A DNA stretch of 64,000 nucleotides from Desulfobacterales bacterium (GCA_963668645.2 CAXXWC010000021.1:480001-544000); one strand, 5' to 3'; positions 48,261 through 59,002 are shown, numbered from the stretch's first letter. The notes: generated by a model from the sequence alone, not told the origin. Translations and numbers: made by a program.

Positions 48261-49435
48261 TTTACCGCGGCCTTGATCCCTTGCAGGCACTCTGCGAAAC
48301 TCCAATGTTCCATCCGTGCTCGACAGTTTTGCCCAATAGTCACGCGCAATGCAGGATCTCGCACTAGCTTTCGCAATGCTTCCGCCAGCGCCGCGACATT
48401 GCCCGGTTTATGGATAAAGCCTGTCTTACCTTCTACGATAAGATCCGCCACGCACCCAACCTCGTCACCAACCACCACGGGAAGACCCGCACACATTGCC
48501 TCGTTGACTATCAGCCCCCAAGCCTCATTCTCCGCTGGTAGTACGAATATGTCACAGGCAGCAAGAATTCTTGGCAGATCTTTTTGGTTGATAAAACCAG
48601 GGAAAATGACATCGCTTAACCTTAAAGACTTGGCAAGCCGATGCAATTGGCTTTCCATCATACCGTTCCCAACCATCATGACTGCGCACTCCAACCCCTC
48701 ATGATGCAACAGGGCTGCAGCCCTAAGGAGGTCGTCCGGGTGCTTTAACGGATCTAACTTAGATGCATAAAGGATCACCACCTGATCCCTCTTTAGCCCA
48801 AAATTTGAACGAATGGCGGCACGCTCCTCTTGAGTAATTTTCGAGCTTTTAATAAAACGCTTATTATCGACCGTGTAGGGAACTTTAAATATCTTTTCTT
48901 CCGGGACAAACATTCTGCGATAAAATTCATGGTTTGCCGTTCCAATTGCCAAACATCGGTCGCAAATTTTATACAACAAACATAGCACCAGTCTGCGAAT
49001 ATTCCGCTTCAAGAAACTCCGCTTTAAGCATAAATGCGTGTCACACCGCATCATTACCTTAATCCCCTTGGACTTCGCCGCAACCAATGCAATCAAATTA
49101 ACTGCGTAGCCGTGACCATGCAGCAACACGGCATCGTATTTGCTCGATCTGATCTCACGCCACACCTCGGGGCAGACCAACGACCAAAAACCGGCTGGCA
49201 CCCGCTTCTTTGCGGCCTCGCCCAAAAACTTCGAGCGATAGCCTGAGAGCAGATCCACATCCCAGGTGACAGGCTGCTTGAAACCAGGATCCAGCCCACC
49301 TCGAAGACTGAAATCGGAGCAGTACAGTGCCGTAATGTCCAGGCTATCGGATGCATTCAGATAGGCGTAAAGGGGTGCGAAATATTGAATCGGATGCGAA
49401 TTGAGGGCTGCGATTCGTGTCTTGTGCTGTTGCAT
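48257..49435 (-). CDS. GT4 glycosyltransferase
   Basis: SHPIQYFAP, EAWGLIVNEAMCAGLP. Confidence 0.92.
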   Translation of the reverse strand: MQQHKTRIAALNSHPIQYFAPLYAYLNASDSLDITALYCSDFSLRGGLDPGFKQPVTWDVDLLSGYRSKFLGEAAKKRVPAGFWSLVCPEVWREIRSSKYDAVLLHGHGYAVNLIALVAAKSKGIKVMMRCDTHLCLKRSFLKRNIRRLVLCLLYKICDRCLAIGTANHEFYRRMFVPEEKIFKVPYTVDNKRFIKSSKITQEERAAIRSNFGLKRDQVVILYASKLDPLKHPDDLLRAAALLHHEGLECAVMMVGNGMMESQLHRLAKSLRLSDVIFPGFINQKDLPRILAACDIFVLPAENEAWGLIVNEAMCAGLPVVVGDEVGCVADLIVEGKTGFIHKPGNVAALAEALRKLVRDPALRVTIGQNCRARMEHWSFAECLQGIKAAVK

Positions 49436-49447
49436 CTACGGATTTCT

Positions 49448-50563
49448 CTAATTTTCTCGTTTTGTCGGAAACGATTTCATCGCCACAGCAAGACGTGATG
49501 CATTGTCATAGCCTGAGCGCAGACATCGTTCTCGTCCCTCTTGCGCAATGAGGCATCGTTCCTCGGGATGCCTCAAATACCAGCAACATTTCTCATGGAG
49601 TTCATCCAGGGTTTCAAAAAACTCTGCCTCTCGGCCCTCTTCGAACATCTCCAAATGCTCTTTAGTCCGCTCCCCGAGCATGAATCCACCAGAGGCTGGG
49701 ATCTCGACGCTACGGGTCGTTTGTTGGTCGCGATTGAGTTTGCGCAGAAAAGCCAGATTAATCTTGAACGCATTGCAGGCCTTGGCAAAATCATCTCCAT
49801 ACAGCGGCTCGTATTCCAGTCTCAAATTAGGGTGATGCAATTTCATCTTTTCCCAGGCCCCACCCCATACCCGGACCTTCATCCCCCTACGCGCCAACTC
49901 GCACATCCAATTGGCACGCTCCGGCTCGTAAGTCCCTATGAAGCCGATATCTCCGCCCAACCGTTGTACGTCGTCTTCGGAAACAGACCAAGGTTTGAAA
50001 GTTTCCGGATCGTATCCGTTGCCGATGAAGATGACCCTATGGCATCCCAGCGCCTTCAGTTCATCAACGTTGTAAGTCTTGGTTGTTATAAAAGTATCGT
50101 ATTCGGGAAGCGCATTGAGAAATGCCTGTGATTGGTTATGACGACCGTACATATCGTCCGGCGAGAAGCCAAGTATCATCGCCGATGGACAATGCTTGCG
50201 GACCTGTCGAAGCGTTTTGGCTCCCATCGTCATCGCACCTTCGAGCCATATGAAATCCCAATGCTCCCGCGCGACCTCAGCAAGCAGGCGCTCATTGTCC
50301 CGAGTCAGATCGATCAAGGGTATAGGAAGACCTGCCCGAAAAAGACGATTGCGAAACCGGTTTTCCAATACCTTTAGACGCGAAATACCAGTCTCATGCG
50401 CCGAATCGATTACCTGCACCTGAAAGCCTAAAGAGCGCAATGCTCGGATTCGGTGGATGCTCGTGTTATGGCCCCCGTAACTGCTGACTGGGCTAAGAGC
50501 CAAAAGCTTAATGCCATGCCAAGCTGCAAGTGGATGGCGATCTATCATCGGTATCCGTTTCAA
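49448..50563 (-). CDS. CgeB/YkvP-like glycosyltransferase
   Basis: IGFIGTYE..R, KINLAFLRK.NRD..TTRSVEIPA.GGFML. Confidence 0.82.
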   Translation of the reverse strand: MKRIPMIDRHPLAAWHGIKLLALSPVSSYGGHNTSIHRIRALRSLGFQVQVIDSAHETGISRLKVLENRFRNRLFRAGLPIPLIDLTRDNERLLAEVAREHWDFIWLEGAMTMGAKTLRQVRKHCPSAMILGFSPDDMYGRHNQSQAFLNALPEYDTFITTKTYNVDELKALGCHRVIFIGNGYDPETFKPWSVSEDDVQRLGGDIGFIGTYEPERANWMCELARRGMKVRVWGGAWEKMKLHHPNLRLEYEPLYGDDFAKACNAFKINLAFLRKLNRDQQTTRSVEIPASGGFMLGERTKEHLEMFEEGREAEFFETLDELHEKCCWYLRHPEERCLIAQEGRERCLRSGYDNASRLAVAMKSFPTKREN

Positions 50564-50801
50564 ATTATTTAGCGCCCGTTGCAGACAGACTACCCAATTG
50601 CTGCTTGTAAAACGACCGTGGTACCATGGCCTGCCAAGTTGTAACGTATTTCAACAATCCGGCATATTTCACCGAGGTGAACAGGCTCAGTACCGGAGCA
50701 CTAAGGCACTGAACCAAACGGTTTTTGGTTGTAAATCTCGCCATTGAAGACAGTGGCATAGCTTCCTTCCGCTGACCACAGCGGCTAGATACTTTCCAGC
50801 C

Positions 50802-51989
50802 TCAGGTCAATAATGGGCGGCTGTCCCGCGCTTCATCCAAGTCATAAAAAGGCTTCTTCAGCAGATAGGTAAATGACTGATGTTCAAGAATTCGGACAAT
50901 GGCCTCGCTGGCACCACCTGTTCCGTAAGGGTTAACAGTTCTCTCGAGCTGGGTCATGAACTCGATCGCTTCTATCCGATTTAACCCCGCCAGTATCGCA
51001 TCACGATTGGGCTGGCAGTCAATTACACTTGCTGCCTTCAGCCGTCCACGCTGTCGGTCGCCAATATTAACGGTAGCTTTTTTGAAAGTAGGCACCTCGG
51101 CCAAGCCGCTTGACGAATTACCGACCACAGCATCGACCTGTGCGACGGTTGACAGGTATCGCAAATTTCCTAGCGATGTGAATGCCTTGGCCCTGTGCGG
51201 ATGGCGAGCGACAAAGTCCTCGATCAGTCGGATTAGCACACGGCCGTCGGTGTCGGCATTGGGCATAGTGAAAATCAGATGCGTGTCTTCCAGGGTCTCA
51301 AGCGCCGCCAGCAAGTCTACCATCTGATCCGCTGCTGTGGTCTGCTCCAGAGTCACCGGATGGTAAGTAACGAGTAGGTTCTTCCTACCGAATTTGAAAT
51401 TAAGTGCATCTTCGAGTGCCTCGCGATCCAACAGCTTCAGCTTGACGATGTTGTCAACCCCCAATCCGCCGACCAGAAAGACCCGTTCAGGCCGCTCGCC
51501 GAGTTGGATGACGCGCCTGCGGTATTCCTCGGCTGCTACGAAATGTAAGTGAGCCATCTTAGTGATACTATGCCGTATTGCCTCGTCAAATGCACCCTGA
51601 GTCGTCTCACCACCGTGTAAGTGCGCAATAGGGATACGCGCGATCATGGCAGAGCAAGCGGCTGCAAAGATCTCGTAGCGATCACCAAGGACCAATAGCA
51701 AATCGGGCTTTAATTCGGCCAGAGCATCAGCAAAACCTATCATGGCCAGCCCCATCGATTTGGTCACCCCAACCGATGTATCGGAACTGAGCAGCATTTC
51801 CACCTTACGGTCGACCTGAAAGCCGTCCGCCTCTATGTCACATACCGTCAGCCCGAACTTGGGCGAGAGGTGCATTCCAGTCGTGATGATTTGCAGCTCA
51901 AGTACCGACGAATTGCGAATGCCCTCCATTACCCAACGCAGAAGGCCGTATTCGGCGCGGCTACCGGTGACGACGCAAATTTTTTTCAT
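50802..51989 (-). CDS. neuC: Hydrolysing NDP-sugar 2-epimerase (NeuC/LegG)
   Basis: VTGSRAEYGLL, LGDRYE, HLHGGE, DEAIRHSITK, GNSSSG. Confidence 0.95.
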   Translation of the reverse strand: MKKICVVTGSRAEYGLLRWVMEGIRNSSVLELQIITTGMHLSPKFGLTVCDIEADGFQVDRKVEMLLSSDTSVGVTKSMGLAMIGFADALAELKPDLLLVLGDRYEIFAAACSAMIARIPIAHLHGGETTQGAFDEAIRHSITKMAHLHFVAAEEYRRRVIQLGERPERVFLVGGLGVDNIVKLKLLDREALEDALNFKFGRKNLLVTYHPVTLEQTTAADQMVDLLAALETLEDTHLIFTMPNADTDGRVLIRLIEDFVARHPHRAKAFTSLGNLRYLSTVAQVDAVVGNSSSGLAEVPTFKKATVNIGDRQRGRLKAASVIDCQPNRDAILAGLNRIEAIEFMTQLERTVNPYGTGGASEAIVRILEHQSFTYLLKKPFYDLDEARDSRPLLT

Positions 51990-52993
51990 ATTTCGATAAG
52001 CTCATCCGGCTGGAAATCGCGCGGCGCCAAGCGCCCCATCATTTCATCCCAGCGCATAGGCGAGATGCCGGTACCCGGACGCTTAGCGGTAACATTCTCT
52101 GGAGTAAATGCCTCGCTGGCGCGGATCAGCCTTGCCGCCACCAGAGACTTGCGCGCATTTGGTTTGTTCTTTGTCTCGCTCGGGCTGGGACGCTTGATGC
52201 CGTCGCCGAGAGCCTTTTCGATGTTGCGAATTGCGTGAACCATCGAGATGAATTCATCTGGTTCTAAACTTGCCCTATGATCAGGGCCAGGCAGATTGCG
52301 GTCCAGTGTCAGATGCTTTTCAATTACACTTGCGCCTAAAGCGACGGCAGCGATAGGCACCTCTATACCCATGGTATGATCAGAGTAACCGACGGCTACA
52401 CCAAACGCGTCGCGAATGCTACACATTGCGCGCAGATTTACGTCCGCAATTGGTGTGGGATAGTCGGTGTTACAGTGTAACACAGTGATAAGATCACGCC
52501 TTGTGCCAGCCGTCTCCAAAACCTCAAGTGCAGCCTCAATCTCGCCAAGATTGGCCATGCCCGTGGAGAGGATTATGGGTTTTTTAAAAGCGCCAACGTG
52601 GCTTAGGTACGGCAGGTTAGTAATCTCGCCGGACGGAATTTTGAAACGCTTCGCCCCAAGTTTCGCCAAGAGGTTTATGCTTGGGATATCAAAGGCTGTG
52701 GAAAAAAAAACTACGCTGCGTGCCTGGCAATACCTAAACAGTATTTTATGCATCTCAAGACTCATCTCCAATTTTTTTAGCATCTCACTCTGGGACTCGA
52801 AACTTTCAGTAGTCCGCGTCTGATACTCAGCCTTGGGAGCTAAAGAGGTCACTATTCGATCAGCAGCAAAAGTTTGGAACTTGACCAAATCGGCACCGGC
52901 CTCTGCAGAGACATCGATCAAGCGTTTCGCTAATTCTATGTCACCGTTATGGTTAACACCGGCTTCAGCGATAATGAGAGTGTGATGAGCCAT
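51986..52993 (-). CDS. neuB: Nonulosonic acid synthase (NeuB/LegI)
   Basis: IIAEAGVNHNG, KIPSGEITN, LSTGM, GYSDHT, IEKH, C-terminal SAF domain. Confidence 0.95.
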   Translation of the reverse strand: MAHHTLIIAEAGVNHNGDIELAKRLIDVSAEAGADLVKFQTFAADRIVTSLAPKAEYQTRTTESFESQSEMLKKLEMSLEMHKILFRYCQARSVVFFSTAFDIPSINLLAKLGAKRFKIPSGEITNLPYLSHVGAFKKPIILSTGMANLGEIEAALEVLETAGTRRDLITVLHCNTDYPTPIADVNLRAMCSIRDAFGVAVGYSDHTMGIEVPIAAVALGASVIEKHLTLDRNLPGPDHRASLEPDEFISMVHAIRNIEKALGDGIKRPSPSETKNKPNARKSLVAARLIRASEAFTPENVTAKRPGTGISPMRWDEMMGRLAPRDFQPDELIEI

Positions 52994-53024
52994 TAGAATT
53001 CCACTAATTTAGATCTAATCCTGT

Positions 53025-53639
53025 TTATAAAAAACGCAATACCGTCCCCTGGGGGATGTTGCCCAGCACGATCTGCCCAGCACCAATCACCACGCGTTGC
53101 CCAACTCGGATGCCCTGACCAAGCACCGCTCCACTGCCAACGAAGCTGCCAGAGCCAATCCGCACGCCACCGTTTACGCGAGCGCCAGTGGCGATGTGAC
53201 AATGGTCCTCGACCACAGCATCATGTTCAACCAGAGCTTGGCTGTTGATAATGCAGTTCTCACCGACGTGTGCATTGGCGTTCACCACCGCTCCGTGCAT
53301 CAGAATGCTGCCCTTGCCAAGTCGCGCATGCCGGGAACAATACGCTGCTGGTGAAATGATTACAGGCAATTTTGCCTGATGGTGCTTAAGCAAATCAAAT
53401 AAGCGCATGCGCGTATCTGGGTGTTTGATTTGCCCAACCGCCACTAAGGCTCGCGGCGTCTGCTGTAACAACGCAGGTAAATCCTCGTCGCTGCCGAGCA
53501 CCGGGTAACCGAGCACCGGCGCGCGGCCATCCGCCTCAGGTTGCAAGATTCCGACAATCTGGTAGCCACCGGCTGATTCGATCACATCGATGCAGGCACG
53601 ACAGTGGCCCCCGCCACCTATCAAGAGGATCGGTTTCAC
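53025..53639 (-). CDS. NeuD/PglD-family sugar acetyltransferase
   Basis: IGGGGHCR, GYPVLG, hexapeptide repeats with EHD. Confidence 0.9.
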   Translation of the reverse strand: MKPILLIGGGGHCRACIDVIESAGGYQIVGILQPEADGRAPVLGYPVLGSDEDLPALLQQTPRALVAVGQIKHPDTRMRLFDLLKHHQAKLPVIISPAAYCSRHARLGKGSILMHGAVVNANAHVGENCIINSQALVEHDAVVEDHCHIATGARVNGGVRIGSGSFVGSGAVLGQGIRVGQRVVIGAGQIVLGNIPQGTVLRFL

Positions 53640-54793
53640 GCCAAACCCGCACTGCTCGGCATGTTGATAATACGTCGAGCCAGCGACTCGGCCACAGGTA
53701 GCGGGGCACGAGGACAATGCCGGTAGGCGGGCAATTGATGTATCAGGGTCCAGGTGGGGCGAGTTATCAAGCCGGCGTCGTTGGTGGTCGCCAAGATTGC
53801 ATCGCGCTGGTCAGCGAAAGACTCGTCCAGGATCAATGTTTGCAGCCAATAGTTGCTCTCGCACCCAGGTGGTTCGGCCATCACGCGCACCTCATCGAGA
53901 CCTGCGAAGGCTTCCCGATAGCGCTCGTACAGACGACGCTGGGAAGCCAGGAAATCCGGCAATTGTTCTAATTGGGCGCAGCCAAGCGCTGCGTTGATGT
54001 TGGGCATGCGGAAATTGTAGCCGATCTCGTCGTGTTTGTATTCCCAACGGTGGGGTTGTTTGGCAGTAGTCGTCAGGTATTTGGCGCGATCCGCCATTCC
54101 CTCGTCATCGGTCAGAATGGCCCCTCCCCCGCCGGTTGTGATGGTCTTGTTGCCATTGAAACTGAGCGTTCCGATCAGTCCGAAAGTGCCGGTGTGCTGC
54201 CCCTGATAACGGCTGCCGAGGGATTCGGCGGCGTCCTCTACCAGGTTGAGCCGGTAATTGCGCGCGAGTGCGGCAAGTCTTTCCAGATCGCAGGGGTGAC
54301 CGAAGCAGTGCATCGGCACTATTGCACGGATACGGCGACCGGTTTGGCGGTTGCGGCAGCCATTTGCGGTGATTTCCGCGATGTAGTCAAGCCAGTCACG
54401 CAAAGCCTTGGGATCAATTCCTAGTGTCGTCTCATCGCTGTCGGCCAGATGCGGCACGGCGCCTCGATAATGGACGGCATTGGCCGTGGCGACGAAAGTC
54501 AGCGCCGGTATGATAACCTCATCACCCACTTCCACCCCCGCCAATTGCATCGCCACCTGCAACGCCGCGGTACCGTTAACCACCGCAACGGCCCGACGAG
54601 CTCCGGTGTAGCGGGCCAGGTCAGCCTCGAAGCGGTCCACATAGTGCCCCACCGAAGATACAAAGGTTGAGGCGATGCAGTCTTGCACATAGCGCTGCTC
54701 GTTACCCTGAAAACGAGGTTCGTGAAGCACAGCGGTTTCACGTCCTAAAGCGGTTCTAAGAGCAGCAACGATGTTTGTGGCAAGAGTCTTCAT
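53636..54793 (-). CDS. legC: LegC-family DegT/DnrJ aminotransferase
   Basis: LHEP, FVSSVG, EDAAESLGS, SFNGNKTITTGGGG, HDEIGYNFRMPNINAALG. Confidence 0.92.
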   Translation of the reverse strand: MKTLATNIVAALRTALGRETAVLHEPRFQGNEQRYVQDCIASTFVSSVGHYVDRFEADLARYTGARRAVAVVNGTAALQVAMQLAGVEVGDEVIIPALTFVATANAVHYRGAVPHLADSDETTLGIDPKALRDWLDYIAEITANGCRNRQTGRRIRAIVPMHCFGHPCDLERLAALARNYRLNLVEDAAESLGSRYQGQHTGTFGLIGTLSFNGNKTITTGGGGAILTDDEGMADRAKYLTTTAKQPHRWEYKHDEIGYNFRMPNINAALGCAQLEQLPDFLASQRRLYERYREAFAGLDEVRVMAEPPGCESNYWLQTLILDESFADQRDAILATTNDAGLITRPTWTLIHQLPAYRHCPRAPLPVAESLARRIINMPSSAGLA

Positions 54794-55791
54794 AGATTAT
54801 ATCGATCTACCTTGTATCTCGTCAGGTTCGCGGGATTGGAGAACCAGGCTACCGTTTCAGCCAAGCCGCGACGGAAGCCACCGAGACCGCCGTATGTTGG
54901 TTGCCATCCGAGCAGGCGTTGTGCCTTGCTGTTGTCCGCCCTGAGGCGCTCGACCTCGCTCTTGCCTGGTCGCAAGCGCTGCTCGTCGGTCACGATTTCA
55001 ATCTCGGTACCCATCACATCGGCGATAGCCATCGCGGTTTCGCCAATACCGATCTCGAAATTGCTGCCCAAGTTGATGACTTCACCGACGCCCGCATCGC
55101 TATCGAGCGCACTGATGAAGCCTGAGACAGTATCGGTGACATAGCTGAAGTCGCGTGTCGGATGCACGGCACCGAGCTTGATTTGTCGCTGGCCGCTGGC
55201 GATCTGGGTGAGGATCGTCGGGATCACGGCGCGTGCGGATTGGCGCGGACCATAGGTGTTGAAAGGACGCAGTACGGTAACAGGTGTGCCGAAAGAGCGA
55301 TAAAAGGACAACGCAATCTGGTCGGCACCGATTTTGCTGGCCGAGTACGGCGATTGCCCCTGGAGCGGGTGCTCTTCGGTAATAGGCGCGAAGCGCGCCG
55401 TGCCGTAAACTTCGCTGGTGGATGTATGGATGACCCTGGACATGCCAAGCTCTCGCGCAGCTTGAACGATATTCAGAGTCCCTTTGACGTTTGTGTCGAT
55501 ATAGGTGCCCGGCGAATGATAGGAATACGGGATCGAGATCAGCGCGGCCAAATGTAGCACAGCATCGCAACCGGCCATGGCGGCGCGAACGCCGTAAGGA
55601 TCACGGATGTCGCCGGCAAAAACCTCAAACTGCCCACGGACATCATTGGCACACTGGTCCAACCACCCCCAGGCGTTGAAGGAGTTGTAAAATACGAAGG
55701 CCTTTACTTCGTGACCCGCACGGACCAGAGCCTCGGTCAGATGCGAGCCGATGAAGCCGTCGGCGCCGGTGATGCAAATTTTGTGTGACAT
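54790..55791 (-). CDS. legB: NAD-dependent 4,6-dehydratase LegB
   Basis: TGADGFIGSHL, YNSFNAWGWLD, HTSTSEVYG, QSPYSASK, YGPRQSARA. Confidence 0.92.
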   Translation of the reverse strand: MSHKICITGADGFIGSHLTEALVRAGHEVKAFVFYNSFNAWGWLDQCANDVRGQFEVFAGDIRDPYGVRAAMAGCDAVLHLAALISIPYSYHSPGTYIDTNVKGTLNIVQAARELGMSRVIHTSTSEVYGTARFAPITEEHPLQGQSPYSASKIGADQIALSFYRSFGTPVTVLRPFNTYGPRQSARAVIPTILTQIASGQRQIKLGAVHPTRDFSYVTDTVSGFISALDSDAGVGEVINLGSNFEIGIGETAMAIADVMGTEIEIVTDEQRLRPGKSEVERLRADNSKAQRLLGWQPTYGGLGGFRRGLAETVAWFSNPANLTRYKVDRYNL

Positions 55792-55825
55792 GAAAATTAA
55801 TACCCCCACAACGGTGGTTAGTCAT

Positions 55826-55853
55826 ATCACCTCCGGCAAAGCCGGAGGCTTGA
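55826..55853. repeat. GC hairpin resembling an IS200/IS605 end or REP
   Basis: CCTCCGGC-AAA-GCCGGAGG at 55830-55848, at the truncation point of the ISNCY fragment. Confidence 0.5.
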
Positions 55854-55858
55854 ATTTG

Positions 55859-56428
55859 TCAAAAACGCCGGATACTCTGGCTGTCGACCAGATGAAAAGC
55901 CAAGTCTTGGTAGGTCAACTCGTGGAGCCTCATCACCACGGCCGCTCGCAGCACCTGCTCGGCGCTCATGCCTTTGGCCCTGGCACGGTTAACGGTACGA
56001 TGCCGCTTGCAAAGATCTTGCAGTACGAACTCGGTGATGATAGGTTGACTCGTTCGTAAAAAGTCGGATTTTGAAATTTTCATCGCTGTAACACATTGAA
56101 ATCATTGAGTCCGAAATTGGGAAAATGATGTTTTTCGGACTTTTTACGAACGTATCATAGGTTTGCTGTCCAGGATGCTGGAGATGACTTCGAGCTCTTG
56201 GGCTTGGGCTTGGATGTGACTGGCGATCTCGGGCATCAGGGGCATTTGGCGTTGCCATTTTTCGCGCATTTTGTGTTGGTCCTTTTCTCGGCTTTGTTAG
56301 TATTTACGGTTGGTTGGCGATATCGCTTATACCACACTCAGCCAGGAAAAACCAGCACAAAATGCGCTTTTTTTATGCCTGCCGGATAGTTACGGCCGCG
56401 GATGGAAACTAATTATATTGGCAGAGTT
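55859..56428 (-). mobile_element. ISNCY-type transposase remnant, 3'-truncated and MITE-interrupted
   Basis: ATG 56269 MREKWQRQMPLM..ELEVISSILDSKP|IITEFVLQDL..GMSAEQVLRAA..YQDLAFHLVDSQSIRRF; left end approximate. Confidence 0.72.
56047..56156. mobile_element. 110-bp MITE, copy 2 (inverted relative to copy 1)
   Basis: Ends GACTCGTTCGTAAAAAGTC / GACTTTTTACGAACGTATC; TSD ATAGGTT at 56040-56046 and 56157-56163. Confidence 0.9.
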
Positions 56429-56511
56429 CTTTCAATCATTTCCTTCGATGAGCCGTAGACATAGTGGTTTTTGAGCTGGATTCCGATAGCATGATCGCGC
56501 AGAGAATGATA

Positions 56512-57270
56512 TTAGAGCATCCAGCCATCATCAATGACAACGTTCTGACCAGTAATGTACCGTGAGTTTTCAGATAGCAGGAACAGAATTGCGCCAACAA
56601 CATCTTCCGCATCCAGCATACCTTTGTCATTGCAGGATTCGCGATACTTTTTTAAAAAACTTTTTGGTTGATTGTCTAGAAGACCGCCGGGGCTGATGCA
56701 GTTCACACGAATATTGTTGCCTTTGTAATACTTGGCAAGGTAGCGGGTGATGGCGATCAGGCCCGCCTTGATGGCAGTGTATTCGATTGGTGAGGTCATG
56801 TTGGTACCCACGTAATGCTCGAACTTCGGCGCAGCGACACCCTGGATGGATGACACGTAAATCAGGTTTCCGTGTCCCTGCAGCTTGAAATGTCGAAGTA
56901 TGCGTTGCGAAAACAAAATGGCGCCACCCAGTTGGTGAGACAAATCTTCACTAAGGTATTCGGGTTTCAGTTCCTCGAACGGTGTACCCCAAGCGGCAGA
57001 ACGCGGATAAGCCGAATGGACTGCCGCGTCGAGAGACCCAAAACGTGAGACTGCCTCTTCGATAATTCTATCGGTTCCCTCAGGCATGTTGGCATCTACA
57101 TGCAAATAGAGTACGTTCTCGGCACCCAGGTCATCACTAAGTTTTTTGAGCCGCAATTCATCGACATCTACGAGAACAATTTGGCCTCTTTCAGCAACCA
57201 CACTACGCGCTAATGCCCCCCCAATCCTCCCGGCAGCACCAGTAACTGCAATGACTTGCCCGCTTAGCAT
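56512..57270 (-). CDS. SDR oxidoreductase (PtmA/ElaC-like)
   Basis: TGAAGRIG, SAYPR..WG, SSIQGVAAPKF, EYTAIKAG, RVNCISPGG, DDGW. Confidence 0.88.
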   Translation of the reverse strand: MLSGQVIAVTGAAGRIGGALARSVVAERGQIVLVDVDELRLKKLSDDLGAENVLYLHVDANMPEGTDRIIEEAVSRFGSLDAAVHSAYPRSAAWGTPFEELKPEYLSEDLSHQLGGAILFSQRILRHFKLQGHGNLIYVSSIQGVAAPKFEHYVGTNMTSPIEYTAIKAGLIAITRYLAKYYKGNNIRVNCISPGGLLDNQPKSFLKKYRESCNDKGMLDAEDVVGAILFLLSENSRYITGQNVVIDDGWML

Positions 57271-57971
57271 TTCTTCTGATCCTCCTGAAGGCGCTCTCTC
57301 ATCAAAAAGTCCGCAATCTTGAGATCAAATTCTGTGTCGATATCGATCGCCCGTTCATGAGGCACTACAACGCCTCGGACGCGCCCGTCCCAAATACTTT
57401 GATGCCCCAGTATGAAGGTTGGCCGAGTGACATAGGCCTGGGTAGTCAAATCATAAACTTGAGGCGCTTCTTGCCTGCGAATGTAACGCTCACCATTTTG
57501 CATCAAAACATTCAACCGACCATATTCGTCGGCTCGCACCATGTTGAACCATGGATTGCGCTGAGATGCTGTCATGGTCACAACTGCATCTGTATTTGGA
57601 TCCAGCGCCGCAAGGCAGTTGCGAACATCCTTTGCTATGCGAAGCGGTGCGGTGGATGGCAGACTAATGAATCTATCGAACGAGCCATGATGCTGTCTAA
57701 CCCAGCTAACAGCATGCTGCCAAGCCAGCCACTCAGGACTGGTATCCTGTGCCAATTCAGGTGGCCTCTCGATTACGGTTGCACCGTACTTCCTGGCGAC
57801 CGCTGCAATTGCGCCGTTATCGGTAGAAACAAAGCATCGTTCGATTTCAGAAACCTGTCCGGCAACTATCAATGCATGGCCGAGCAGTGGCGTGCCTCCA
57901 AGAAAACGGATGTTCTTCCCAGGGACTCCCTTGGAGCCTCCGCGGGCGAATACGAATGCGTAGGTGATCAT
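57264..57971 (-). CDS. Acylneuraminate cytidylyltransferase (NeuA/LegF/ElaB-like)
   Basis: FARGGSKGVPGKN, RPPELAQD, EWLAWQHA, TAPLR, IDIDT. Confidence 0.92.
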   Translation of the reverse strand: MITYAFVFARGGSKGVPGKNIRFLGGTPLLGHALIVAGQVSEIERCFVSTDNGAIAAVARKYGATVIERPPELAQDTSPEWLAWQHAVSWVRQHHGSFDRFISLPSTAPLRIAKDVRNCLAALDPNTDAVVTMTASQRNPWFNMVRADEYGRLNVLMQNGERYIRRQEAPQVYDLTTQAYVTRPTFILGHQSIWDGRVRGVVVPHERAIDIDTEFDLKIADFLMRERLQEDQKKC

Positions 57972-59002
57972 AATAATGCAACCCGTCTTTCACGGCCTGC
58001 TGTGTGAGCCGCTTCAACAATTCGCAGCGCCGCGATGCCGTCTCCTAAAGTCACGCACGGCTGATCGCCTTGCTCAATACAGGCGATGAAATGTGCCAGT
58101 TGTAAACGAAACATTTCATCCTGATCAACCGGAAACTCCCAGACTTCTTGCTCCGCGCCGATGGACTCCCAAAACACTTGATTTCGTATTGCATCCCAGC
58201 ATAGACTGCCATGTTCGCCGTATACCTTGCATTGCCGAGTCTGATGCCTACGACAGAAGTCCAGATGAATCGAGACTGGCAGGCCACCGACGCCGGTAAG
58301 CAATAGGTCTGCCGTATCTTCAACGGGTAAGCCAAGCGTGCCACTGTTGCGAAGAATAGCTGCGACACTACTGAATGGTCCGAAGAACCAGTTGGCATAA
58401 TCCAGATCGTGGCTGAGTTCCAGCAACACACCGCCACCGAGCGCGGCGCTCGCTGACGTAGTGGTCCGATAATCTTGCTCAGGTCGCCAGTCAGGGAGGT
58501 AAGAGCCGCATTCGATTTGTCCAAAAAGCAAGGAGCCAAGTCGACCGTCTGAGAGAAGTTCCTGAAATCGGCGGGCTGCAGGTGCATAGCGAAGCACGTA
58601 GCCAACTAAAACGATGCTCTGTCGTTGGCTCACTATACGTTGCAGTTCATCGATACCGGTGAATGTGTTGGAGATTGGCTTTTCGATCAACACCGGAATG
58701 TTAGCAACCAGGAGTTGCATTGCTTGGGGCACATGAAAAGGCGCAGGGCTTGAGATAATGGCAGCATCGATCCGGGCATCCAATGCCGAAGTGATGGAAG
58801 AAACGACCTGTGAAGCAAGCATCTCTTCCGGCCAAGGCTGGCCTTTTCCGGAGCGCACCAATGTAACCGAAATGTCAGGACGCATAGCCTTTAGCATCCG
58901 CAGGTGCCGTCTTCCAATGCTGCCAAGACCAAGGATTGCGAGGTGTTTTAACTTCGGCAACGTTGCTGGGTCTCTCTCATTAGTTGCAATCCACATCACC
59001 AT
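57968..59002 (-). CDS. Gfo/Idh/MocA oxidoreductase (PtmF/ElaA-like)
   Basis: GLGSIGRRH, EKP, GSYLPDWRP..DYR, GGGVLLELSH. Confidence 0.88.
   Translation of the reverse strand: MVMWIATNERDPATLPKLKHLAILGLGSIGRRHLRMLKAMRPDISVTLVRSGKGQPWPEEMLASQVVSSITSALDARIDAAIISSPAPFHVPQAMQLLVANIPVLIEKPISNTFTGIDELQRIVSQRQSIVLVGYVLRYAPAARRFQELLSDGRLGSLLFGQIECGSYLPDWRPEQDYRTTTSASAALGGGVLLELSHDLDYANWFFGPFSSVAAILRNSGTLGLPVEDTADLLLTGVGGLPVSIHLDFCRRHQTRQCKVYGEHGSLCWDAIRNQVFWESIGAEQEVWEFPVDQDEMFRLQLAHFIACIEQGDQPCVTLGDGIAALRIVEAAHTAGRERRVALL

Noticed and set aside
50565..50759. 64-aa ORF between neuC and the CgeB-like GT
   Set aside because: No recognisable motif; could be a remnant or spacer
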